Of a stretch of 64,000 bases of DNA, positions 40,248 through 49,199 are shown one piece after another; within the stretch, counting starts at the first letter, position 1, and each line of letters starts with the position of its first letter. The DNA lies in contig OZ242272.1 in NCBI GenBank assembly GCA_965207135.1, forward strand, positions 2,437,336 to 2,501,335, written 5' to 3'. This DNA comes from Chloroflexota bacterium. GTDB lineage: Bacteria > Chloroflexota > UBA11872 > VXOZ01. A program made the translations under genes and the position numbers. The notes beneath the pieces are model-generated. The model saw only the letters and a program-made list of their open reading frames with translations, was not told the DNA's origin and did not search any database.

Positions 40248-40737
40248 GACCGCGCATCCTTCCTGCGGTGGAGACCCTTGATCGCGCTATTGCGATCAGC
40301 AGCCTCGGACTTTGTGCCCATGGGCGCTGCGCCGTTCCGTGCCGCTTGGCCCAGTGATTAGTACTAACACAATTGAGGAACTCGCTGTGGTCTCGATATC
40401 GTTCTTGAAATAAACCGAGACCGCCCCCGCAAGGCGCCGCCTTAGCGCAAGGGCAAGGACCGTTAGGTACGCTAAACCCTCCCCAACTGCACAAAGATAG
40501 GTTATTATAGACATGCGCATCCGTTTCAGTAAACGTGCGCAAGTCCTTTGCTGACATTGCCCTGAAACTATGGTACTCTCAAGTGGTGCGCGCTTTCGGT
40601 TACGCGCTCCTATGAGACTTAACTTTGGGATAGGGCTCTTGTCTTCGTAGTCTTGGGCAGACGTTCTCGGTGTCCAGGTGACCAAAGCAATCTTTTCTAG
40701 CGGCCACGCTGACGGTGAGGAGGAGTATTAACCCACC

Positions 40738-42600
40738 ATGCGATGTATTATCCGGTTGCGTCATATACCTAAGGCTCTCGCCCTAATGGTAGTGCTACTC
40801 GTTCTGGCGACGGTGCCAGCGAACGCACAAGAGGCTACCACATTTTCATCGGCAGTAGTCACAAAGAACCACTATGATTCCACGCTGAGGCACAACATTC
40901 CCAACCTCCAAATCACCCGGAATGGTGTAACGCACAGCGTCAACTTCCTTGACCACTACAACTCAACCGGCGGCATTACCCGCTGGGGATTCCCAACATC
41001 TGAGGTAATTGAAGAAGAAACCGGCAACCTTGCACAGTACTATCAACGAGGCGTCGTGGACTGGCACTGGCGCCCCGACCTTGGGCGCTACGTGATGGAA
41101 CGCCGCTTGGCTTGGGACTTTTTTGGCGGCGGCGCCGGCGGCAGTGTCGACCAAGGCGTGGAGCCAGGACGCACCAACCCCAATCCCGGAGTAGTGCTAG
41201 GACCATGGGGACACAAGGTGTCTGACTTTTCAATTGAAGGGATTTTCACCGGATTCAGAGGATTCTATGAGTCGCTCGGCGGCGTGCAGGCCTTCGGTTT
41301 CCCAAAGACCGACGCTCGCATTGATAGAAATGCGCCCGGCACGCTCCATATTCAGACGGCAACCCCGGGCTTCATCAGGCAGTATTTCCAAGCTGCCGTG
41401 CTTGAATACCACCAAGGAGATCCCGAGCCGGTAAAGTTGCGTCTCCTCGGCGACGACCTTCGCAATCAGAATTATCCGAATAATAGCTGGCAAACGTATC
41501 CGGCTTTCAATGCCGCAGTTGCGCTTACGCCGGGTCAGCTATACGGTATTCCGCGCGTGGTCCGGGGCCACACCGCCAGCGGGCAGCCCGTAGCGAGTGT
41601 TCCCCAGCCGGTGCAGCCGACTCCCGCGCCGCAGCCGGCGCAACCGACTCCCGCGCCGACCAGTCCTACACCAACGCCGATACCGGCGTCGTGGAGTGGC
41701 AGCGTGTGGTTCGGCGCCTATGGTGGCGGTGTTATCAACTACGATGGAGAAATCTGGAGGACATATCGCAGCTTCCAAAGTCCGCTGCCGCATGATAGAG
41801 TGAACGACATTTTCGTTGCGGATGATGACTCAAAGTGGTTTGCGACGGAGGACGGTCTCGCACAGCTCCGCGGCACGACGTGGACCAATTTCGATACGGG
41901 CACGGACGGCTTTCCTGGCAATGACGTAGCGTCGATCCATGTGGTTGGCAACCTAGTTTGGATCGGCACGAACGGGCATGGCGCCGGCTTCTATGACATT
42001 TCTAAGAACGACTGGACGAGCCTCCGCACAGATAACTCAGATATTCCCAGCAATTCAGTGCGGGATGTACTAATCATCAACGAAGGACGAAATCGCGTCT
42101 GGCTCGCCACCGCGAACGGCGCTGCACTGTACGACAATGGGCAGTGGCAGCTATTCAATGCTTCAGTGATAGCGTCGAATGATGTCCTAAGTCTCGCCCT
42201 TGACACTTCGGGTAATGTTTGGGTAGGCACGAATGGCGACGGACTCAGCGCGTTCAATGGGACGACGTGGACAGAATACCACACAGGAAACTCCGGCCTT
42301 ACGAATGACACCGTGCGCAGCATCTCAGTTGCACCAGATGGTCGGCACATCTGGTTTGCGACCAGTGGCGGCATAGGTGTCTACGATAACTCCAATGGGA
42401 CGTGGGCTAGCTACAATATCTTCAATTCCGGGCTCGCGCACAATGAGGTCTTCGACATCGCGTTCGACTCAAGCAACCGCGTGTGGATAGCCACCGCCGA
42501 CGGTGCCTCGCTCTTAGAAGACGGAATAATGCAAACATTCCAGACCGGCGGTGATTCAGGCATTACGTTCGATGCCTTACGCGCGGTAGACGTAGAGTAG
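40738..42600 (+). CDS. Secreted protein with N-terminal LGFP-type repeats, Pro/Thr linker, and C-terminal two-component-regulator-propeller-like beta-propeller repeats
   Basis: After a signal peptide come repeats such as GGITRWGFPTSEVIEE.TGNLAQYYQRGVVDWH and LGGVQAFGFPKTDARI...RQYFQAAVLEYH, then a PQPVQPTPAPQPAQPTPAPTSPTPTPIPA linker, then repeated WFAT/WIGT/VWVGT...G propeller blades. Confidence 0.6.
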   Translation: MRCIIRLRHIPKALALMVVLLVLATVPANAQEATTFSSAVVTKNHYDSTLRHNIPNLQITRNGVTHSVNFLDHYNSTGGITRWGFPTSEVIEEETGNLAQYYQRGVVDWHWRPDLGRYVMERRLAWDFFGGGAGGSVDQGVEPGRTNPNPGVVLGPWGHKVSDFSIEGIFTGFRGFYESLGGVQAFGFPKTDARIDRNAPGTLHIQTATPGFIRQYFQAAVLEYHQGDPEPVKLRLLGDDLRNQNYPNNSWQTYPAFNAAVALTPGQLYGIPRVVRGHTASGQPVASVPQPVQPTPAPQPAQPTPAPTSPTPTPIPASWSGSVWFGAYGGGVINYDGEIWRTYRSFQSPLPHDRVNDIFVADDDSKWFATEDGLAQLRGTTWTNFDTGTDGFPGNDVASIHVVGNLVWIGTNGHGAGFYDISKNDWTSLRTDNSDIPSNSVRDVLIINEGRNRVWLATANGAALYDNGQWQLFNASVIASNDVLSLALDTSGNVWVGTNGDGLSAFNGTTWTEYHTGNSGLTNDTVRSISVAPDGRHIWFATSGGIGVYDNSNGTWASYNIFNSGLAHNEVFDIAFDSSNRVWIATADGASLLEDGIMQTFQTGGDSGITFDALRAVDVE

Positions 42601-42836
42601 TCCTGGAGACCTTGGCTCGTTGCACGGCGATTTGCGACCGCATCAGCGCCTAGGAGCGCTGGTGCGGTTGTACATTGGGAGACCTGCGGGCGTTGTGCAG
42701 CGCAAGACTTGCAGGAAACAGCTAGTCTTGCCAAGACCGGGAGGACGCAGACAGTATCGTCTCTCGTTTGGCGCCCCAATAACCGTGCACACGTCGCGGC
42801 GCGAATTTTAACGCAAGTACACACGAGATATCATCA

Positions 42837-43505
42837 ATGCGCGATCCCATCAGACATCTCAAGGCCCTCGCATTTGCGTTGACGGTTTTCCTAATCACGT
42901 CATTCGCCGGCGCCCAGTTTCGCCCCCAGCTCTTTCCCTTCATGCCGTATGTGTGGCCGTATATTGCGGGCGGCTCCTTGACTTATACCGGCACGGACCT
43001 CGCTATCGCCCCCGCTCCGTCATTTGCGCTCCAGAACCAACGAGGAGAGCAAGTTTCCCTGGACGACCTGCGCGGGAAATTGGTCGTCCTCACGTTTCTC
43101 GACCCGCTGTGCACCGATGATTGCCCGCTCATAGTGCAGGAATTGGCCGCTGCCTATGCGCAACTGGGCGCGCTTGCCCAGGAGGTTGTGATTGTCGCCA
43201 TTAATGTCAACCCCGATGCGCAGACCCAATTCGAAATGGAGTCCTTCTTTCGGACCCAGGGCCTGGACGAGAATTCAGCCTGGCATTTCGTAGGAGGAGA
43301 GTGGGCGGAGGTGGCTGAAATCGTTGCGGCGTACCATGTGTCAGCGGGCGACCCCAAACCCAGCAAGCCGGGCGAGGTGGCGCATCAAGATGTGGTATTT
43401 CTCATCGACCGGCAAGGCAACTACCGCGTGCTCATCACGCATCCGACGCCGGTGGGGGTCTCTCTGCAGGACGTCATACTGCAGCGGCTGCGGGAGCTAG
43501 GGTAG
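42837..43505 (+). CDS. SCO1/SenC family copper chaperone (thioredoxin fold, CxxxC)
   Basis: It has the GKLVVLTFLDPLCTDDCPL motif. Confidence 0.75.
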   Translation: MRDPIRHLKALAFALTVFLITSFAGAQFRPQLFPFMPYVWPYIAGGSLTYTGTDLAIAPAPSFALQNQRGEQVSLDDLRGKLVVLTFLDPLCTDDCPLIVQELAAAYAQLGALAQEVVIVAINVNPDAQTQFEMESFFRTQGLDENSAWHFVGGEWAEVAEIVAAYHVSAGDPKPSKPGEVAHQDVVFLIDRQGNYRVLITHPTPVGVSLQDVILQRLRELG

Positions 43506-44474
43506 CTTTTCAATACGCTCCACCGCGAATTGCGGCTGCGGCTCGTCTTCCTTGCCGCAGGAGCTGGGGAAGCGGAGCATCTGCTCCGGAGCTTCTCTGA
43601 CGGTTACTTCATATGAACCATTGTACGCTGAATCATCTGAGGAGAATGTGAGTCGCACGGTAACCGCGTCGTCTCTACTTCCGGCAATGAACTCGCTCTG
43701 TACCCGGTACGTCGTCCACCGCCAGTCTTCGGCCAGTAGCACCGCGTGTTCGGCTGCCTGCTCCAATGGTGAAAGCCTGCTCCAGCCGCGATACTGCCGC
43801 TCCAAATCCGAGAAAGAGCCCGCGCGTGCAATCAGATTGGGCAGATCATCTTGCGTGATATAGGCATAATAGCGGCCTTCAGGTAAGTCGAGCAGCGTTG
43901 GCGCCATACGGTGCCCGCCCAGGTGGCTGCAACGCCAGACACGCAACGCGTCCGGCTGGGAGCGCACGTAGACCTCCCGCAGTTCACGATAGATTTCAAA
44001 ACCGAAGGTGGCGCAGCAGCGGTCTCGGCTGCCGTGGTTGCATACCAATAGCTCGCGCATGTGATCGGTCGCCTGCCGGTAATCCGCAAAGCGCTGCATG
44101 TCATTTGGCCTGTAGAGCAGCGCCTCTACCACTGCCGGCAGGGATTCCGCTGGCACGAGGTACTCTTGTTTCTCGTAAGTCGGCGACTGTTCGTTGGTGT
44201 GCGTGAAATAGAATACCCGGGTAAATCCTGCGCGCGCATACTCGGCGTCCGGCATAAGACCCGTAACGCGCGGCGCGATGCCGTCCTCTACCGCTCGCTC
44301 AAGTACCGACCGAACTTCAGCGGGAAACGTGGAAGACTCAGTCACTTCGCGGTCCCACGGTAACGCGCACTCCATGATCAAGTGCTCAAGGTGCGTCGGC
44401 GCAGTTCCCACGGGATGAAAGCCTGCGGCCCGCGCCACACGCGAACAGAAGGCCGTCGCTGCGTTGCTCGCCAC
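43497..44474 (-). CDS. Sucrase/ferredoxin-like family protein
   Basis: The VCNHGSRDRCCATFG motif matches the family CTHG.RD.RC signature. It overlaps the SCO stop by 9 nt in a convergent arrangement. Confidence 0.5.
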   Translation of the reverse strand: MASNAATAFCSRVARAAGFHPVGTAPTHLEHLIMECALPWDREVTESSTFPAEVRSVLERAVEDGIAPRVTGLMPDAEYARAGFTRVFYFTHTNEQSPTYEKQEYLVPAESLPAVVEALLYRPNDMQRFADYRQATDHMRELLVCNHGSRDRCCATFGFEIYRELREVYVRSQPDALRVWRCSHLGGHRMAPTLLDLPEGRYYAYITQDDLPNLIARAGSFSDLERQYRGWSRLSPLEQAAEHAVLLAEDWRWTTYRVQSEFIAGSRDDAVTVRLTFSSDDSAYNGSYEVTVREAPEQMLRFPSSCGKEDEPQPQFAVERIEKLP

Positions 44475-44729
44475 TATCCACTCCTTCTCAGACGGATTCT
44501 CTTGCCCCTGCCATCCGTTTCAGCCCATCTCGAGGTGCTGGCGGACCAACTGGGCGTGATCCGACGCACTGGTTGCGCGCGGCTTAGTGCCAGTCAATGG
44601 CACAACCACTTTGCCACTTCTTCCCTCAACCCCAGAATGTCGTCTCGGGCACACCTTCCAGCGGTTTACCATGCTACACTAGCAAGGAAAAACCTGGAGG
44701 GCAACGCGGCATAGAGGATTGCGCCGAGT

Positions 44730-45236
44730 GTGAGCACGTTAGACCTTCTCCGTGTCGCACTGCGCTGGATGCACCTGACTGCAGCCGTAGTGTGGATAGG
44801 CGGCACGCTCTTCTACGTCATGGCGATACAACCGTCAGTAGACACTGCGGAGAAGGCGGCTGGTTGGCGGAGAATTCGCCAGGGGGTCGAGCAACAGTTT
44901 CATGAAATCGTGCAGGTATGCATTTGGACGTTCTTCATATCCGGCGCCATCCTGACGTACGATCGTTTGACGTCCGTGAACCCGGGCTTGGACTACATAG
45001 CCGCCCTGGTGGTTAAGGTACTATTAGTACTGTGGATGGTATACATTTCCGGCGGATTGCGGCGGTCGGGAGCCCGCAAGCCAATTGGCTCAGCGAACAA
45101 GAAGCCATCCTCCGCCGGGAGCGTATTTCAGCGGCTGCGTTCGCCGGTGCTTCAAATCGCCATAATCGGCGTCATAGTATTGTTGCTGGCCGATCTCCTT
45201 AAGGTCCTGGCGGAGAACGCACTGCGTCCCCTTTAA
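44730..45236 (+). CDS. CopD-like small membrane protein (putative)
   Basis: It has a GTG start and 4 TM helices. The first helix carries H..AAVVWIGG, as in CopD-family proteins. Confidence 0.35.
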   Translation: MSTLDLLRVALRWMHLTAAVVWIGGTLFYVMAIQPSVDTAEKAAGWRRIRQGVEQQFHEIVQVCIWTFFISGAILTYDRLTSVNPGLDYIAALVVKVLLVLWMVYISGGLRRSGARKPIGSANKKPSSAGSVFQRLRSPVLQIAIIGVIVLLLADLLKVLAENALRPL

Positions 45237-45257
45237 AAGCGACGGAAGACGAGTTCA

Positions 45258-45722
45258 ATGGCAAATGAGGTTGTAGTTGCATGCGCAGGCGGGAATAGCC
45301 GTCGCACGTTCGACGTTAAGATCATCGTAGGCGGTATCGTCATCCTCTTGGCGGTGGCCTATTTGGTCGTGGCTGCGCTGCCGTCGGGGACTGCGTACTA
45401 TCTGACGGTGAGTGAATTGGCTGATATGGGCGAACGCGCGCAAACCCAGCAAACACGCGTCTCCGGCAACGTGGTACCAGGCACCATCGTGCGCAGTGCC
45501 GATTCCCAGGACATTCGCTTTCAAATTGAGGATGAGAGCGGCCGTCTAACTGTGGTGTTCAGCGATGTCGTCCCCGACATCTTTGGCGATCACACGCAGG
45601 TCGTTGTGGAAGGCACGCTCGGTGAGGATGGCATCTACAGCGCCGAAATCCTCTTAGCCAAATGCCCGTCGCGCTTCGAAGAAGCCGCCCCAACCGGTAG
45701 TGAATACACGAAACCCGGTTAG
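45258..45722 (+). CDS. ccmE: Cytochrome c-type biogenesis haem chaperone CcmE, variant with Cys in place of the haem-binding His
   Basis: It has an N-terminal anchor and an OB-fold core (GNVVPGTIVRS...IRFQIEDESGRLTVVFSDVVPDIFGDHTQVVVEGTL). Its C-terminal LLAKCPSRFEE aligns to E. coli VLAKHDENYTP. Confidence 0.65.
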   Translation: MANEVVVACAGGNSRRTFDVKIIVGGIVILLAVAYLVVAALPSGTAYYLTVSELADMGERAQTQQTRVSGNVVPGTIVRSADSQDIRFQIEDESGRLTVVFSDVVPDIFGDHTQVVVEGTLGEDGIYSAEILLAKCPSRFEEAAPTGSEYTKPG

Positions 45723-45975
45723 GAGCTGGCGCGAATGCGTGTTTGCGGGCCGCTGCGCTGGACAAAAGAGGGTAGCTACCTGACCGCTCATCCTTGCCGA
45801 TAGGATGGGCGGTAACTTTGTGAGCGAGCAGACCTAGTAGAGATTTCACAATATGCGATTTTGCGTGCGCCGCAGTTGTCGAGCATCGGCAACACGCCAA
45901 CTGCTTGCAGAGTGTCACTTTTGGCAGGAAAGCGCGCCGGAATCACCTGCAGGAAGGGAATTGGGATAAAGAACA

Positions 45976-46299
45976 ATGATCATTGCGACGACGGCACAAA
46001 TTCCGGGTAAGCGCGTGACCGCCGTAAAGGGCCTTGTGCAGGGCAACACAATCCGTTCTCGGCACGTGGGACGGGACATCATGGCGGCATTCCGGAATAT
46101 TGTCGGCGGAGAAATCGCTGAGTACACGCGGCTCATGACAGAATCTCGCAAGCAGGCCGCAGACCGCATGGTGGCTGAGGCAGAAGGGTTGGACGCAAAC
46201 GCGGTGATAGGCGTCCGGTTCGTTACTTCGATGGTGATGTCGGGGGCATCGGAGTTGCTGGCCTACGGCACGGCGGTGGTCATTGAGGATGACGTCTGA
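45976..46299 (+). CDS. YbjQ/UPF0145 family protein
   Basis: The 107-aa ORF has the characteristic length and Gly-rich pattern (NAVIGVRFVTSMVMSGASELLAYGTAVVIE). Confidence 0.65.
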   Translation: MIIATTAQIPGKRVTAVKGLVQGNTIRSRHVGRDIMAAFRNIVGGEIAEYTRLMTESRKQAADRMVAEAEGLDANAVIGVRFVTSMVMSGASELLAYGTAVVIEDDV

Positions 46300-46569
46300 T
46301 AGAACGGGGCCATCCGCAGGAGGAATAGAGGACTTCAGAATCTTGAATCACGCGAATCTTCGATCTTACGCAGCCTATTTGAAGATCCAGACGGGGACTT
46401 CACCCCATCCTCCCAAAACATTGGTGTGGCACGGTCTGCCAATGAGGCATTATTTGAAGAGTTTTTCTGAGCCAAGTGACGGGTATGTCGTGATGAAAGC
46501 CATGGCATTCCAAGACTCAGCAGGGCGCAATCGGACTACTGAACGCGATCGCAGTGAGAATTCGACACA

Positions 46570-48585
46570 ATGACGGCTAACCTCGGCACAGCCTTACTCT
46601 TCATTGCCTTTTTGGCAGCCCTTTACGGCGCGGTTGCGTCTGTGCTGGGTGCACGACTGCGGGTGCCGGAGTTGGTTGTGAGCGCACGCAACGCCGTAAT
46701 TGCCGTTGCCGCCCTCGTGGCGCTGGCCGCGCTCACGCTCATGTACGCCTTCGTAACGCATGACTTCAGCCTGAAGTACGTTGTCGCCCAAACGACCCGT
46801 TCTCAGCCGTGGCCGTACCTTTTCAGCGGCTTCTACGGCGGTCAGGCGGGCTCCTTGCTCTACTGGTCGCTCACGCTGGCGTTGCTCTCAACGGTAGTTG
46901 TGCTGGTTCATTTTCGCTCGGACCGGCAGCTCATTCCCTATGTCATTGCCGTCCTCCTGACCATCGAATCGTTCTTTCTCGTCGTGCTGAACTTCATCTC
47001 GTCGCCATTCGAGACGGTGTTCCCCGTGCCGCCCGATGGACGCGGTCTCAACCCGCTGCTGCAAGATCCCGGCATGCTGATACACCCGCCAATGTTGCTC
47101 GCCGGGTACATGAGCGTTTCCATTCCGTTTGCCTTCGGCATAGCCGCGTTAGTTACGGGCCAGGTGAATAACCGCTGGCTCCAGGCGACGCGCCATTGGG
47201 CGCTGCTGGCCTGGCTCTTTCTTTCGCTGGGCAATCTGCTGGGCGCCTGGTGGGCCTACCACGTCCTCGGCTGGGGCGGTTACTGGGGCTGGGACCCGGT
47301 GGAGAATGTCGCGATCTTGCCCTGGTTCGCCATGACTGCCTACGTGCACTCGGTGTTGGTGCAAGAGCGTCGCGGCATGCTCAAAGTTTGGAACATGATC
47401 CTAATCATCGTGGCCTTCAACTTGGCTGTTTTCGGAACATTTGTGGTGCGGAGCGGTATTCTGGCTTCCGTTCACTCCTTTGCCGTATCCGAAATTGGGC
47501 CGTACTTCTTTGGGTTCCTGGCCGTCAGCCTGATCGTCTCACTCACCCTGCTCATGCTGCGCTTGCCCCAACTGCGCGACGAGCATAACTTCGACTCCAT
47601 GCTGTCCCGGGAGGCAACTTTTCTCTTCAACAACCTACTCTTGGTGGCGGTCATTTGCGTCACTTTCCTCGGCGTGATCTTTCCGCTGCTCTCGGACGCC
47701 ATCCAAGGACGGCAAATCAACGTCGGTCCTCCTTTCTACCAGCAGGTCAATGGGCCGCTGTTGCTTGCCCTGGTCGCACTCATGGGCTTTGGCATGCTGG
47801 TTCCCTGGCGGCGGGGCGCAGCCCGGGCCCTCTTTCGCGGACTACGCGTCACAGTGCTTGGCACGGCCGTGATTACTATCATCGCTATTGTGCTTGGCGC
47901 GCGCTCGCCCTGGACGATTCTCAGCATCGCTGCCTGTTCATTTGCGTTAGTAGTGGCCCTCAGGGAATTTCACCGCACGGCCATTGCGCTCATGCGGGCG
48001 CAACAGACGCCGTATCCCGCCGCATTGCTCGCGGTCTTTCGCTACAATCGCCGCCGCTACGGCGGGTATCTCGTCCACGTCGGGATCGCGATCATGGGCC
48101 TGGCCATCATTGGTTCCTCTTTCTTCCAGGCTGAGCGCTCCGTGAGCATGCGTCCCGGTCAGAGCGTGGCGGTCGGTCAATACACCGTGGCGTACCAAGG
48201 CCTCACCACGTGGAGCGAGCCGGGCAAGCAACGGACCATTGCCTCCCTGCTGGTACGCAATGCAAACCAGTCCTTTGAAGTAGCGCCGCAGAAGGTTGTC
48301 TATCAGAATTGGGAAGATCAGCCCATCAGCGAGGTCGTAATCAAGACGGTCTATCCGCAATTCGACGACGTGTACATTGTGATGGCGGCTTATGGCGAAG
48401 ACGGCACGGCGAGCTTTCACATTTTCGTGAACCCGCTGGTCGCGTTCCTCTGGCTCGGCGGCGCGCTCCTCGTGCTCGGAGGGCTAATCTCGTGGTGGCC
48501 GTCTCCAGCGACTTCGCCGACGACGGCGCCAGCGGCCGCTGGCCTACGCGCCAGGCGGCTGGGGCCGGACACCGTCTCGACTTAG
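46570..48585 (+). CDS. ccmF: Cytochrome c-type biogenesis protein CcmF (haem lyase subunit)
   Basis: The 671-aa polytopic membrane protein has a CcmF/NrfE-like N-terminus and Trp-rich WWD-type segments. Confidence 0.85.
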   Translation: MTANLGTALLFIAFLAALYGAVASVLGARLRVPELVVSARNAVIAVAALVALAALTLMYAFVTHDFSLKYVVAQTTRSQPWPYLFSGFYGGQAGSLLYWSLTLALLSTVVVLVHFRSDRQLIPYVIAVLLTIESFFLVVLNFISSPFETVFPVPPDGRGLNPLLQDPGMLIHPPMLLAGYMSVSIPFAFGIAALVTGQVNNRWLQATRHWALLAWLFLSLGNLLGAWWAYHVLGWGGYWGWDPVENVAILPWFAMTAYVHSVLVQERRGMLKVWNMILIIVAFNLAVFGTFVVRSGILASVHSFAVSEIGPYFFGFLAVSLIVSLTLLMLRLPQLRDEHNFDSMLSREATFLFNNLLLVAVICVTFLGVIFPLLSDAIQGRQINVGPPFYQQVNGPLLLALVALMGFGMLVPWRRGAARALFRGLRVTVLGTAVITIIAIVLGARSPWTILSIAACSFALVVALREFHRTAIALMRAQQTPYPAALLAVFRYNRRRYGGYLVHVGIAIMGLAIIGSSFFQAERSVSMRPGQSVAVGQYTVAYQGLTTWSEPGKQRTIASLLVRNANQSFEVAPQKVVYQNWEDQPISEVVIKTVYPQFDDVYIVMAAYGEDGTASFHIFVNPLVAFLWLGGALLVLGGLISWWPSPATSPTTAPAAAGLRARRLGPDTVST

Positions 48586-48596
48586 GGAGCCACCGG

Positions 48597-49199
48597 ATGG
48601 AAATCCCTGCCACTCAAGAGAAGCAGTTTGTCGAACAGCGGTCCGCTGTTGGCAACCAATCCTTCCGCATTGCAGCGGGTCTAGCTAAGGCGTACTCACT
48701 TTCCGCGACAGCCTTGGCGGCGCTCTTGCTGGCCGCGCTGCTCCTCCACACCGGGCTGACCGCGGCCTCAGCCGCCACCATCGACGAACAAACTGTGGAA
48801 ATTGCCAAACAGCTCAAGTGTCCGGTCTGCCAGAACGTGCCGGTCGCTTACTCCCAATCGCAACTTGCGGTAGAGATGCGCCAGGTGATTCGCGAAAAGG
48901 TGGCGCAAGGTGAGAGCGAGGACGCCATCATCCAGTACTTTGTAGACCGCTACGGCGAGGACGTCTTGCTGGAACCCCGGCGGGAAGGATTCGGTCTCTT
49001 GCTGTGGGTGACATCCGTCGGCGTGGTGGTGTTTGGCGCCGTCGTCGTTGCCATAGTGCTCTGGAACTGGAGCCAGGCCCGCCCGGTGTCAAGGCCCGTC
49101 GCTGCATCGCCGGCAGACTCCGACACGCCAGCGTCCAGCGAACTCGAGCAACTCTTTGAGGAAGAGTACGCGCGCTACAAGCGGGGCAAGCGGATATGA
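48597..49199 (+). CDS. ccmH: Cytochrome c-type biogenesis protein CcmH/CycL
   Basis: The ATG at 48597 follows a GGGAG RBS. It has the LKCPVCQN (LRCxxC) redox motif plus a C-terminal TM helix. The track ORF's 5' overlap with ccmF was rejected. Confidence 0.8.
   Translation: MEIPATQEKQFVEQRSAVGNQSFRIAAGLAKAYSLSATALAALLLAALLLHTGLTAASAATIDEQTVEIAKQLKCPVCQNVPVAYSQSQLAVEMRQVIREKVAQGESEDAIIQYFVDRYGEDVLLEPRREGFGLLLWVTSVGVVVFGAVVVAIVLWNWSQARPVSRPVAASPADSDTPASSELEQLFEEEYARYKRGKRI

Noticed and set aside
48309-49199. 296-aa ORF overlapping the 3' end of ccmF
   Set aside because: The 5' third is Arg/Ala-rich out-of-frame overlap with ccmF. The real CcmH starts at the ATG at 48597 after a GGGAG RBS.
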